From IMG/VR virus record IMGVR_UViG_3300037067_015055: DNA of 64,000 nucleotides. One strand, given 5' to 3'. This document shows positions 28,069 to 38,202 of the stretch, piece after piece. Position 1 is the first letter of the stretch, and each line of letters begins with the position of its first letter. The position numbers were made by a program, and so were the translations under genes. The stretch is from a virus. The notes below the pieces were generated by a model that saw nothing but the letters and a program-made list of their open reading frames with translations, was not told the origin of the DNA and made no database searches.

Positions 28069-31000
28069 ATGGTACGGGTTAGGACTGCAAATGATATCGT
28101 TCTATCAATTATAGATTATTACAGAACTTCGCAGCAACAACTTGACCTAAAACCAGGGCAGGTAGCTCGTGACCTTCTGGTGGATGGCCCTGCTGTTCAG
28201 TTAGCCAGTTTGTACGAAGAGTTGCAGAGCGTTCAATCTGCTCAATCTCTGTTCTTGTCTATGGGATCTGAGCTGGATGCGCTTGGTTCAAATTTTGGAG
28301 TTTCTCGTAAGCAGGGCACTGCCTCTAGCGGCATAGCTGTGTTAACTTTCAATAACATTGAAGCTGATATACCTATTACTAAGGGTAGTATTGTTACGGC
28401 TAGTAATGGAGCTTCTTTCACAGTGATTAGCTCTATGACCGTGGCTGTAATCAATAAGAATACCTATCGAGCAACCGCTTCTAAGTATTCTGCCGCCCTG
28501 TCCTTTGTTGGAATTTCAGATCAGTATGCTGTAGAGGTGAATGTTCAGGCTACTTCTAATGGTAATGGAGGGAATATTTCGGCCTATGCATTAAACCGCA
28601 CTACAATTCCTGGAGTTTCTCACGTTATTAATGCAGCTCCATTCCAGGGAGGGTCAGCTGCCGAGAGTGATTCGGCATTCAAGCGCAGAATTTTCGGTGT
28701 ATTCAATGGCTCGAATACAGGAACCGCTACAGGTTACAAGAACACCGTTCTATCTGATCCTGATGTTATTGATGTTTTAATAGTTGGGCCAGGTGATTCG
28801 TTAATGACTCGTGACGGAACTCAGGTACACACCGCAGAGGATGGTACTCAAACTATTGTCTCCGAGGGTACTGGAGGTAAGGTTGATTTATATGCTTATG
28901 GTTTTCGTCTAACAGAGATTGTCGATGGGTTTGTATACTTCGATCATAGCAACAAGAACGACCCTACAGATTCCTCTAATGATTTTGTACTTGGGCAAAT
29001 TGAAGCAGACACAAATAAAACAGTATCTCGCAAAAGAATTGATGACATTAATAATCAAACTCTCCCAAACCAGCCTGCTACAAACATTATCTCAATTACA
29101 GGCTCGTCTAGTGGTTCAAATTTCATACCAAAATCTGTAGATGCTTCCGGAGTTATTTCTGGAAACTATGAACTATTGCGAGACACTGGAGTATATGCAG
29201 GTAGTCCCTGGGGGTTTGATCGTCTGCATTGGATTGATGACCGCATTCGTGACTTAGTAGAAGATATTACCAAAGGGAAGTTCAATAGCCAGGATTCTAC
29301 TAACTATTCTGATGTGACTTTTATTAGCAGAATAAAGCAGAATATCCAAATTGTCAATGAGAATAGTAGTATAACTCCATCAGATCGCTCATCTATTCAA
29401 TTATCTCATTACCCACTAACTTCTGTAACTCGCGTATTCAATCAAACGACCGGAGAGCGCTATCTGGTTACCAATCAAAACCCTGATGGTGGAAGCATCA
29501 ATACGACCGGCAGGATTACAATCTCAGGATCGACGCTTCCGGCTGTCAGTGATATCTTACAAGTAGATTATATTTGGTTGTTTGACTACGATCCGAATTG
29601 GGATTTTGACAACAAGATAACATCTAACAACATACGTTCAGTTGTAAATAGTATTGATTGGGGATATTCAAATGAAGTTCGGAGAGAGGAGTCAATTGTT
29701 AGTTATGAACTAGACGGATATGTTGTGTTGGTTACTCATCCAATTAATGCCGTTGTGTCTGTCAATTCGTTTATTGAGAAGATCGGTACTGGAATAGATG
29801 GGGACGGAATGGTGCAGCAGTACAACGGTCGATTAGGGGTAGCTGTTGATGCCGTTGTATCAAACGTTGTTTCTGTTGTTCTTAATTCGAACGGTGCTGA
29901 AATTTATAATACTGGTGCAAATGACGGAAGTTTTAGCGGATCTGTTGTTTTCTTTCCGACTGACACAACAGCTCAGATAGATGATATTGTAGATGTAAGA
30001 TACAATGCTTCAGATCTGTTTATTAAAGATGGTATTAATGGTAGTTTTAGTGACAACAAGATTACCCTTCTTAAATCTGCTGGTGTTGCCGGGGAGATTG
30101 TAGAGGTAAATTACCTGGCGAACATTACTCAACTTGTTCCATCAGTTATATTATCTCAATTACCGATTTATCGCAACCAGAACGGTTTCTATTTTGGAAC
30201 CGGAAATACATTTGGTGTCCAGCCTACGACACATATATATGATATTCCAATTTCTTTGATTCCAGATCCAGCCCCGCCAGTTAATATGAACTTACGAAAG
30301 GCTCCAAGTCGATTGAAGCTTACGATTGCCGGTACGATTTCGCCTGGAGTTATCACAGTCTCTGGTACAACCATTAGTGGAATTTTTGATGGTGTCTTTA
30401 CGGCTACGGCAAATGGGTTGGCTCAAGATCTGTCGCCACTAATTCGATCTGCTTTAGGTTTGAACAGCAACCAATCAATTCCAAACAATGTTAGTATTAT
30501 TAGTTTGGTTGGGTTTGAAAAAGTTGAAATGTCTGGAACTGAGGTAATTTCAGTAGATCATGTTTATGATGTATTTGGGTATGGAATTCGCGACAATATA
30601 TTTTCCAAATTTGAAGCTACTACCGACACTTCGCTTAGCACAACTCAAATCAAGCTTCCAAGTACAGTTGGTAATAATATCAACTCACCAAAGATTGGGG
30701 ATAAGGTAAGAGTTACATTCTACATTAGCAAAACCAGTGATATAGAAAATGTGTCGTTTAGCAAGAGTGGAAATCTATATACTCAAAAGATCTTTGCATT
30801 TGTAGATGTTGTATCGGTGTCTAGTGGATTTACATCAAACACATCTCAAGCCGCTACACTTTCAATTGCTCCGCAAAACCAGCCGATACAAGGCACTAGA
30901 TATTCGGCATATTACGATTACTTAGCTCCAAAACCAAACGAAAGAATCACAATACGCTACAACGCCAATCAGGTAATTACTGACAATACATTTGCGATTG

Positions 31001-31347
31001 AACAGACCAGATCAATTGGAGCTGATGTTTTGGTCAAGGCTGCCGTGCCGATTCTTGTAAATCTAACCATTGCAATTGTTGTATCTAGAGGGTTTGAGAC
31101 TTCAAGTGCTGTAGTAGTACAGAATGTTAAAGATGCAATTACCAATGCGCTGAACTCTACTGCCTTAGCAACAACGGTAGACGCCTCAGACTTTATCAAT
31201 GTGGCTTATACAGTTAGTGGTGTAGACCGTGCTAGAATTTTGGCTTTCAACAAAGATGGAGTTGTAGGACAAGTATTAAGTATTACAGCACAGAGCAATC
31301 AATATATACAAGCAAATAAGGTTTTGGTACAGATTGAGACTAGATAA
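28069..31347 (+). CDS. Baseplate wedge protein, gpJ/gp6-like (Baseplate_J family), 1092 aa
   Basis: N-terminal ...KPGQVARDLLVDGPAVQLASLYEELQSVQSAQSLFLSMGSELDALGSNFGVSRKQGTASSGIAVLTF matches Baseplate_J conserved region; W-J synteny. Confidence 0.75.
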   Translation: MVRVRTANDIVLSIIDYYRTSQQQLDLKPGQVARDLLVDGPAVQLASLYEELQSVQSAQSLFLSMGSELDALGSNFGVSRKQGTASSGIAVLTFNNIEADIPITKGSIVTASNGASFTVISSMTVAVINKNTYRATASKYSAALSFVGISDQYAVEVNVQATSNGNGGNISAYALNRTTIPGVSHVINAAPFQGGSAAESDSAFKRRIFGVFNGSNTGTATGYKNTVLSDPDVIDVLIVGPGDSLMTRDGTQVHTAEDGTQTIVSEGTGGKVDLYAYGFRLTEIVDGFVYFDHSNKNDPTDSSNDFVLGQIEADTNKTVSRKRIDDINNQTLPNQPATNIISITGSSSGSNFIPKSVDASGVISGNYELLRDTGVYAGSPWGFDRLHWIDDRIRDLVEDITKGKFNSQDSTNYSDVTFISRIKQNIQIVNENSSITPSDRSSIQLSHYPLTSVTRVFNQTTGERYLVTNQNPDGGSINTTGRITISGSTLPAVSDILQVDYIWLFDYDPNWDFDNKITSNNIRSVVNSIDWGYSNEVRREESIVSYELDGYVVLVTHPINAVVSVNSFIEKIGTGIDGDGMVQQYNGRLGVAVDAVVSNVVSVVLNSNGAEIYNTGANDGSFSGSVVFFPTDTTAQIDDIVDVRYNASDLFIKDGINGSFSDNKITLLKSAGVAGEIVEVNYLANITQLVPSVILSQLPIYRNQNGFYFGTGNTFGVQPTTHIYDIPISLIPDPAPPVNMNLRKAPSRLKLTIAGTISPGVITVSGTTISGIFDGVFTATANGLAQDLSPLIRSALGLNSNQSIPNNVSIISLVGFEKVEMSGTEVISVDHVYDVFGYGIRDNIFSKFEATTDTSLSTTQIKLPSTVGNNINSPKIGDKVRVTFYISKTSDIENVSFSKSGNLYTQKIFAFVDVVSVSSGFTSNTSQAATLSIAPQNQPIQGTRYSAYYDYLAPKPNERITIRYNANQVITDNTFAIEQTRSIGADVLVKAAVPILVNLTIAIVVSRGFETSSAVVVQNVKDAITNALNSTALATTVDASDFINVAYTVSGVDRARILAFNKDGVVGQVLSITAQSNQYIQANKVLVQIETR

Positions 31348-31356
31348 TAGGTAGCA

Positions 31357-34300
31357 ATGGCAAATCTCAGAATATTGGACATAAATGCAGCGGATAGCAG
31401 AACTGTCAAGGTAAGGTTTTCGGCTGCACTGGCAGCTGACATCGGGCAGTCGAACATACAGATTTTGTCTGAGGTTGTGAATATTCCTGATGTTGAGGTT
31501 CTTCTAGTAGAGGTTTCTGACGATATTTTGATTATTACTACCCTTCCGCAGACGCCTCTTGCACGATACAGGATAGTTTTTCAATCTACCAATGCTGTCA
31601 AATTCAGAAGTTTGGATGAGCGACAGTTCTTACTTGAAGATGGAAGAACTAACATAGCTAAAGTGTTGGGAGCTGAGAATGATTACAACCCAATTCGCGA
31701 TAATTTGGTAACATTTTTGGGTGGACAACAGAGCGTCTACGATCTTTCGCGTGAAACGATAATTCGTTCCATTTTAAATCAGACCGCCGATCTGCTAAAC
31801 AAAGCACAATCAGATGTTCGTCAAGTTAAATCCTCAAACTATCTTGAGATTCTTATCAAAGACGAGGTGAAAACCAGAAGTTTTGGACCTTGGGATCGCT
31901 TGAATCAAGAGGGAGCTTTCAAAATATGGCGAGTTGGAGCTGGTCCTACTAATGAAACGATAAATGGAGTTATTACATTTGATAGTTTTCCATCAGACCC
32001 TATAACTCTTCAGCGCGATGTTGTGACGGATGAGCAGTTGGTACTTGGAATTGGAAATGGAACATATAATGATTTGATATTAACGCTTAATCGAACTCCA
32101 GTTACTAAACTTACAGGTATAACGATCCAATATTTTGCTGGCGGAACGTTTGTATATGACATTCGTTCACTTGGATATCAGATCAAGGACCAAAAATACG
32201 ATACTATGTTTGGTCGTCGTCTAATTACTTTAGCTGATAACCAAATAAAGTTGAATGACATACTTAAAGAAGATCCTAGTTTCGTTCTTCCGAGCGGAAA
32301 TGATAAGATTGTAGTATCGTATGAGTTCAAGTCTCTCGGGCGCGTCGTTGATGAAACCAGTATTGAGGTTGTAGAAGTTGTAGAGGTTGTAAGAGAGGCA
32401 TCTCCGGCCATTATCACGATGTTTTCTCTGAAAAATGCACCTATAGTGACTTCAGGTGATAAGAATCCTATATCTGGTGGTGTTCAATTTCTAGATCCAT
32501 ACTCTGAAACCCCATTTCGTAACACTCATCCGGCATTTTTGCGAGAAATTCCGTATCGTGAAGGCGGTTTGCCAAATTATCCTGGTGAATATTCGATAGA
32601 TTACGCAACTGGCCGAATTTTCGTCTATGGAGCGGTGAAGAATGATGGTACCGGAGATTTTCCTCCAGCAATGAATTACTACTATCGAAAAACATACATA
32701 CCACGTTTAGATTACACGTATGTTCCTGAGTTTATAGATATAGTAGCCTCTCCTTTGCGCGAACTGGTAACCAAAACTGCAAAAATTAACTACCTATTTG
32801 AGCAAACCTATGTTCCGGATATCGATTATGTAGCAAATGTACATGTTGAGAGCTTGAATGAGCGTATCCAAAACAGATTGGCTACACTTGATTCGTTGTA
32901 CACCTTACATTCTCCGGTTACTGATGTTTTCAGGATCTACAACGAGACAACCGGAGAAATATATTCTCTTAGAAGATTTTCTGACCAAAAAATATTCTTT
33001 GATTCCCGAACTCCGCCACGAATTACTGATATTAATTTCGAAAGAGCTTCTTTTACTCCTGTTTTGAACGAAACGTTGATTCTAGAATCTGAATCTACAA
33101 ATATTCTAGGTACTCGCGTTCTAAAAATACGAATTGAAAACCAAAACATCATGGGTAACACCGATGATGTGATTGGATCTAGTTTTAACACTAGCGTTGG
33201 GTTTAGTCAGACAGATATCTTTATCAAAGAATTGTATTACGATGCGCAAGAGCTATCTGAAGCTGTAAATATCAATCGGTTGTTGATTGGGCAGTATCAA
33301 ATCAACTATCGCGCCGGACTTATCTATGTTGGTGTTACGAATTCTCAAAGTTTGAGCATCGGAACGGTTTCGTACAAGATTCCTGTGGTTGCTCCAATCA
33401 ATCCTCATGTAATTTCGGTTTCTGAGGTTTATAACAGCATTAATCCAAACTTTGGCCCTTCAAAAACCTTAGATTATACTGGTTTTGGCGAGGCATTCAT
33501 TACTCCAACTCCAAGTTTGATGGATTTTTCGGATGAGCGCTTCACGAACAAGGATTCGCTTAACTCCTACTTCGTTTATAGCGGAACAATCACAGTCACT
33601 GATGATATCAAAACGATTCGAGGCATCTTTGACGGCTACGATCTAAACAATCATACTGATCCGCTTAATTTCGCTGAACATTCAACCTTTTCTGCCAACG
33701 TAATCACTCTAGGAAGTGTTGATCAAACATGCAGCACAATAATCAGCGGCTCACTCACAATAACTGTCCCATTTGTTTCGGCGGGCATTGAAATTGGCAG
33801 TGTCACTAGTATTATTCGTACCAGTGATGGCGCGCAGTTGGTTGATGGATATACCAACTTTCTTGGTAACGTAATCTATCTCAATGGAGATATTGCAGTA
33901 CCAGGAGATGCAGTTGATGTGCAATATACCGTTGTAATGAATGGAGAAGCTACTCCAATCATAGATTACAATCGTGGAGATTTCTTTATCAATTATTCCA
34001 GTGTTACTGATGAGATTTTAATATCATATGAGTGGGGCGACAATGTTATCGATCATAGAACCAGCAATATCCTTAATGAAGGCGATACATATTACGTAAC
34101 GTATTCAATTGGAGCTCTTCGAAATTCGTTGCTGCAAAACTTTGGAACCCTAGTACAAATCCCAGAACTACAGGTCTTTGATGAAGATTTAGACCGCGAA
34201 ATTTATCGAGATATTCTACAGGGAGCCCTGCAGACCTTCCCGCTTGGGCCAACTATCCCTGCCATGAAGGAATTGATTGCTAGGGTAACCCAAATTGATC

Positions 34301-37300
34301 CAGAGATTGTCGAAGCGGCATTCTGGTCACTGGGAGTCAGCTATCTTGCCAAGGTTCCGTCTGGTGTTCTTGGGACGCCTTACTTGGCATCTGGATTCTT
34401 TGATCAAGGCTTTGCTGTTACGAAAGCTGGCGATGGTGCGACCCTTCCAATCTCCAACAATCTAAGGCTGGAGGAGGGAACTCTAGAGTTGTCCGTTATG
34501 ACAGATTGGGATGGTATTGATAACGATGCCACTATTACTTTTGAGCTATTAAAAGATGGATATGTGGTACCGGCCGAGAATATCTACATTGGATCAAAGT
34601 GCTATCATCCAACATTGACTTCCGCAGGAAAATTTTCAATAAATAGAACAGATGAGCATAGCCCAGAGGGTTTGCCGGCATTGATTTTTGTATGTACTGG
34701 TATATTCATTTACTACGACACAGATATTAAGCATTGGAAGGTTTTGGCCAAGGATGCTCCTGATGGGTATGTTTATACCGGAACGATTACTACGTCTGGT
34801 TCATTTTATGATGTGAATTTGATTCAAAGCATTAATGAAGAGACTGATTTCGTACGTTCAGGCCTAGATAAAGTAGAATTCGAATTTCGTTTGGACGGCT
34901 ATGATATGGCAAGCCCAGATGGTTACGATGGATATAGTGCGGTTATACCTGGCACTTCGTTTGATGGAATTCAGTTCATGTCAGACGATCAGCATTATTT
35001 CTTCGATTTCGGGAAGAATGAAACACAGAACCGCTTCTCTTTATACAAGGATGGCAGAGGGTATCTGATATTTGAAGTGTGGGATCGCGGCGGATTTGGT
35101 TTAATACAGCCTGATCGAAGGAATGTATATCAAATCAGCGCTGATATTCAGAATTGGGCAGCTGGACAAAAACACTCTATCGGAATTTCTTGGATTCTAA
35201 ATTCATCTGATCGTAGAGATGAAATGCATCTGTATGTGGATGGGCAGGAGACTCCAAACTTGGCACGTTATGGAAACGTTCCGGATGTTGCATCATACAA
35301 TAGATTCAGAACTGTAGTACCAGAGCAAATTGTAGGAGTTGCGTTCAATAACTCTATTATTGGAAACGATTTGGTCACGATCCAAGGCTCGAATTTGGTA
35401 ATGTCTCCATCTGTAAACCTATCATCTCTGGATGATGGCTATAAGATCGATATTTTAGAGCAAAACTTTTTGACATATGTTATCTCTATGGCTTCTGGAA
35501 CTCAGATGACGCTGAATGCTCCAATGCCTGCTTCTTTGAATAATGCCCGCTTCATTATCAATCCTCCGCAGTTTGTTGTAGGTACAGAAATTGATATCTA
35601 CAAGAATATTGGTGTCTTTGTTCGCGATGGTTATGGTGTGGAACGCGAAATTCCAGGAACCAGAGCAGAGATTCCATCCTATTCTATTGATCGTAATACA
35701 CTCAACCAGAGAATTATTACTATCTTCGATAATGTCAATGCCGGAGATATCGTGCTTATCAAGACCTTTGGTTTGAATCACAGACGATCAAAGGACAGAG
35801 TTTTTACTTGGAGTGGTAGTTCAATTCTAAAGACAGGATTGCCTCCGCCAATAAACCTGGATGATGTGTCAATTAAGACAGTGATTCTACCATTAAGTTC
35901 AGTTGGGCCGGGTAATGCAGATTTTATTGATGGATATTTCACTACAACTTTTGGTGGAGTTGAACTTAGTTATTTGGTTGATGACTTAGGTAATTACCTA
36001 ATTGATGATTTTGGAAACTTCTTTGTGTCAGAGCAGGGAATAAATCTTGTTGATGCTTTTGGTAACTTTATAATAGATTCATTTGGGAATTTTATATCTA
36101 TAGGCGGCGCTGAAACAAGCATTATTGAAATTAGTTTTACACAACCAAGCAATTACATTGAGGGGAGGCAGTTGGAGATTAGGATAACAGGTGATAATGT
36201 TGACTTCACAACACCAGCTATTGTGATCATTAGTGGAACATCTACTATTAGCCCTAGTGAGACTTTGACATTTACAAAACCAGGGAAACAGAAAACTATA
36301 TCAAAATGGAAGCGTGTTGAATCTATTTTTGTAAAAGTCGTTCCGATAGATTCAACTGATGATAGTGTTGCTATTGAAGTTAAAGAAGCATATTCAGTGA
36401 CAGAGCCGGATGGGAATAGCCTGTATCCTGTTATTAGGTTTGCTTACAAAACTCAAGCTGGAGGATCTCTTCGTAGTGATGGTTATGGCGATTTCACTAT
36501 CGTCAGCGATCCTTTTGGTTATTTTCCAGCCTCAGAGGTTGGTCAATTACTCAAAATTACATATCCAATATCTGCTATTGGTATCTATACTATTGTTGAG
36601 AGAATTGATAATACAACTATTCGGCTTGATCGAAGTGTTGGTGGGTACTTTGAAAATGGATCCTATGTTACGTACAATATAAGTATTGGGCGCAGTGGTT
36701 TCCAGAATGGATTCATTTTCCTTGAGAAGGCAGGATTTACAAACGATCCATATACTTTACCACCTGGATGGTACGATGTAGATTACGCTTCGTATCTTGA
36801 GGTTCCGTTCAATCCTCTGACATCAGAGATTGGTATTATCGGAAATGATATTACGTTTAGTAAGCCAGCAAAGTCTATCCTGGATGAGTTCCGAATTCTC
36901 AGTAGACAATTGACAGATACTCGTATTGGTGAGACGATTGGATTAAATGAGGAATCTATTACTACAGGCGCAACTAAAGTTTCTCCGTTCATCAAGAATA
37001 TAGATACATTAGCCTTGTTCCATTTCGACAAGTTGCCATTAGTAAATGACAGCGATTTTTACCAGTTCGCTAATAAAGAATATATACAGTCTGGTAGTAG
37101 TGTCAATTCTAGGTTTGGACACAGTATTGTCATCAAGGATAAGGGGTTGGTATTTGATAACGGTGGTTTGTTGGACACGTCTAATGAGGGCCTAATTGAG
37201 TTTTGGGTTAGCCCAAGGTATGATACTTATAACGATCCTGGCATTCGGGTTTACTTTGATGCTGCTGCGAACGTTATCGAAGAAACCGTAAGCATCACTA

Positions 37301-38202
37301 AGGGTAGATTAAAGCTTTCAACACGAACTAATCGTATATTATATGTACGTTTGGTTACGGATACAAAGCTACAGGGCACTAATTACTTCAATGGTGGAAT
37401 TATCGATAGTGACGGGAAGACTCTTCTTCTAAACTCACCTCTTCCATACCAGAACACGCCCGTAAAAGTAGCTTATGTACCATCTGGAGTACGTGGTGAT
37501 CGGCTGACTATTTCGAAGGATGGAGAAGGATTCATTTGCTTAACTGTCAATGCTAACGGTCAAGAGTATCAAACTCGACAACCTATATTCTGGCCGCGTG
37601 ATTCGTGGCACAGAGTTAGGGCTTCTTTCAAGTTCAATCGCCAGGACAATAAAGATGAGATTCGATTGTTCGTGGATGGTGAAGAACGTGGGACTTTGCT
37701 TTTTGGGCAAAATGGTATTTTATTTGGCCAGGATTTAATCTGGGGTCAGGCCGCGATAGGAGGAGTAGGAAACCAAATCTATCGAGCTGATATAAATTTC
37801 ACTGATACGGTACAACAATTCTCTGTAGGTCAGGACTTTGCTGGTAATTTCGGAGCACAGGCTAGGTTTGATAATTTGAAGATTTCGAACCGATCTATTG
37901 ATCCGCTCATTATTGCTGGACAGCCCAGGGACATTTATTACAATACAAATATCGATTTCATCTATCCATCTATCGTGGATGCTTTTACAACATTCTTGCT
38001 GGACTTTGATAAGTCTGTAGAAAAAACGGAAGATTTCTCGGTAATCCATGACCCAACATTTGGTCTTTTCAATTTTGGCATCAACATCATTGATTCTTTT
38101 AACATAGTTACAGGAGATCTGCGCGTCCAAACTGTGTTGGAGGCCCTGATCAATGCTCTCAAGCCAGCCATCTCTAAGGTTGGTATTCAATATGTGAAGT
38201 GA
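31357..38202 (+). CDS. Giant baseplate/fibre protein (2281 aa), gpI/gp7-position, with at least two LamG/concanavalin-A-like lectin-type domains
   Basis: Motifs SIGISWILNSSDRRDEMHLYVDGQE (nt ~35170-35250) and RVRASFKFNRQDNKDEIRLFVDGEERGTLLFGQ (nt ~37610-37710) match Laminin_G_3-like patterns (W.h....d.....lYvDG); follows J-like gene. Confidence 0.5.
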   Translation: MANLRILDINAADSRTVKVRFSAALAADIGQSNIQILSEVVNIPDVEVLLVEVSDDILIITTLPQTPLARYRIVFQSTNAVKFRSLDERQFLLEDGRTNIAKVLGAENDYNPIRDNLVTFLGGQQSVYDLSRETIIRSILNQTADLLNKAQSDVRQVKSSNYLEILIKDEVKTRSFGPWDRLNQEGAFKIWRVGAGPTNETINGVITFDSFPSDPITLQRDVVTDEQLVLGIGNGTYNDLILTLNRTPVTKLTGITIQYFAGGTFVYDIRSLGYQIKDQKYDTMFGRRLITLADNQIKLNDILKEDPSFVLPSGNDKIVVSYEFKSLGRVVDETSIEVVEVVEVVREASPAIITMFSLKNAPIVTSGDKNPISGGVQFLDPYSETPFRNTHPAFLREIPYREGGLPNYPGEYSIDYATGRIFVYGAVKNDGTGDFPPAMNYYYRKTYIPRLDYTYVPEFIDIVASPLRELVTKTAKINYLFEQTYVPDIDYVANVHVESLNERIQNRLATLDSLYTLHSPVTDVFRIYNETTGEIYSLRRFSDQKIFFDSRTPPRITDINFERASFTPVLNETLILESESTNILGTRVLKIRIENQNIMGNTDDVIGSSFNTSVGFSQTDIFIKELYYDAQELSEAVNINRLLIGQYQINYRAGLIYVGVTNSQSLSIGTVSYKIPVVAPINPHVISVSEVYNSINPNFGPSKTLDYTGFGEAFITPTPSLMDFSDERFTNKDSLNSYFVYSGTITVTDDIKTIRGIFDGYDLNNHTDPLNFAEHSTFSANVITLGSVDQTCSTIISGSLTITVPFVSAGIEIGSVTSIIRTSDGAQLVDGYTNFLGNVIYLNGDIAVPGDAVDVQYTVVMNGEATPIIDYNRGDFFINYSSVTDEILISYEWGDNVIDHRTSNILNEGDTYYVTYSIGALRNSLLQNFGTLVQIPELQVFDEDLDREIYRDILQGALQTFPLGPTIPAMKELIARVTQIDPEIVEAAFWSLGVSYLAKVPSGVLGTPYLASGFFDQGFAVTKAGDGATLPISNNLRLEEGTLELSVMTDWDGIDNDATITFELLKDGYVVPAENIYIGSKCYHPTLTSAGKFSINRTDEHSPEGLPALIFVCTGIFIYYDTDIKHWKVLAKDAPDGYVYTGTITTSGSFYDVNLIQSINEETDFVRSGLDKVEFEFRLDGYDMASPDGYDGYSAVIPGTSFDGIQFMSDDQHYFFDFGKNETQNRFSLYKDGRGYLIFEVWDRGGFGLIQPDRRNVYQISADIQNWAAGQKHSIGISWILNSSDRRDEMHLYVDGQETPNLARYGNVPDVASYNRFRTVVPEQIVGVAFNNSIIGNDLVTIQGSNLVMSPSVNLSSLDDGYKIDILEQNFLTYVISMASGTQMTLNAPMPASLNNARFIINPPQFVVGTEIDIYKNIGVFVRDGYGVEREIPGTRAEIPSYSIDRNTLNQRIITIFDNVNAGDIVLIKTFGLNHRRSKDRVFTWSGSSILKTGLPPPINLDDVSIKTVILPLSSVGPGNADFIDGYFTTTFGGVELSYLVDDLGNYLIDDFGNFFVSEQGINLVDAFGNFIIDSFGNFISIGGAETSIIEISFTQPSNYIEGRQLEIRITGDNVDFTTPAIVIISGTSTISPSETLTFTKPGKQKTISKWKRVESIFVKVVPIDSTDDSVAIEVKEAYSVTEPDGNSLYPVIRFAYKTQAGGSLRSDGYGDFTIVSDPFGYFPASEVGQLLKITYPISAIGIYTIVERIDNTTIRLDRSVGGYFENGSYVTYNISIGRSGFQNGFIFLEKAGFTNDPYTLPPGWYDVDYASYLEVPFNPLTSEIGIIGNDITFSKPAKSILDEFRILSRQLTDTRIGETIGLNEESITTGATKVSPFIKNIDTLALFHFDKLPLVNDSDFYQFANKEYIQSGSSVNSRFGHSIVIKDKGLVFDNGGLLDTSNEGLIEFWVSPRYDTYNDPGIRVYFDAAANVIEETVSITKGRLKLSTRTNRILYVRLVTDTKLQGTNYFNGGIIDSDGKTLLLNSPLPYQNTPVKVAYVPSGVRGDRLTISKDGEGFICLTVNANGQEYQTRQPIFWPRDSWHRVRASFKFNRQDNKDEIRLFVDGEERGTLLFGQNGILFGQDLIWGQAAIGGVGNQIYRADINFTDTVQQFSVGQDFAGNFGAQARFDNLKISNRSIDPLIIAGQPRDIYYNTNIDFIYPSIVDAFTTFLLDFDKSVEKTEDFSVIHDPTFGLFNFGINIIDSFNIVTGDLRVQTVLEALINALKPAISKVGIQYVK

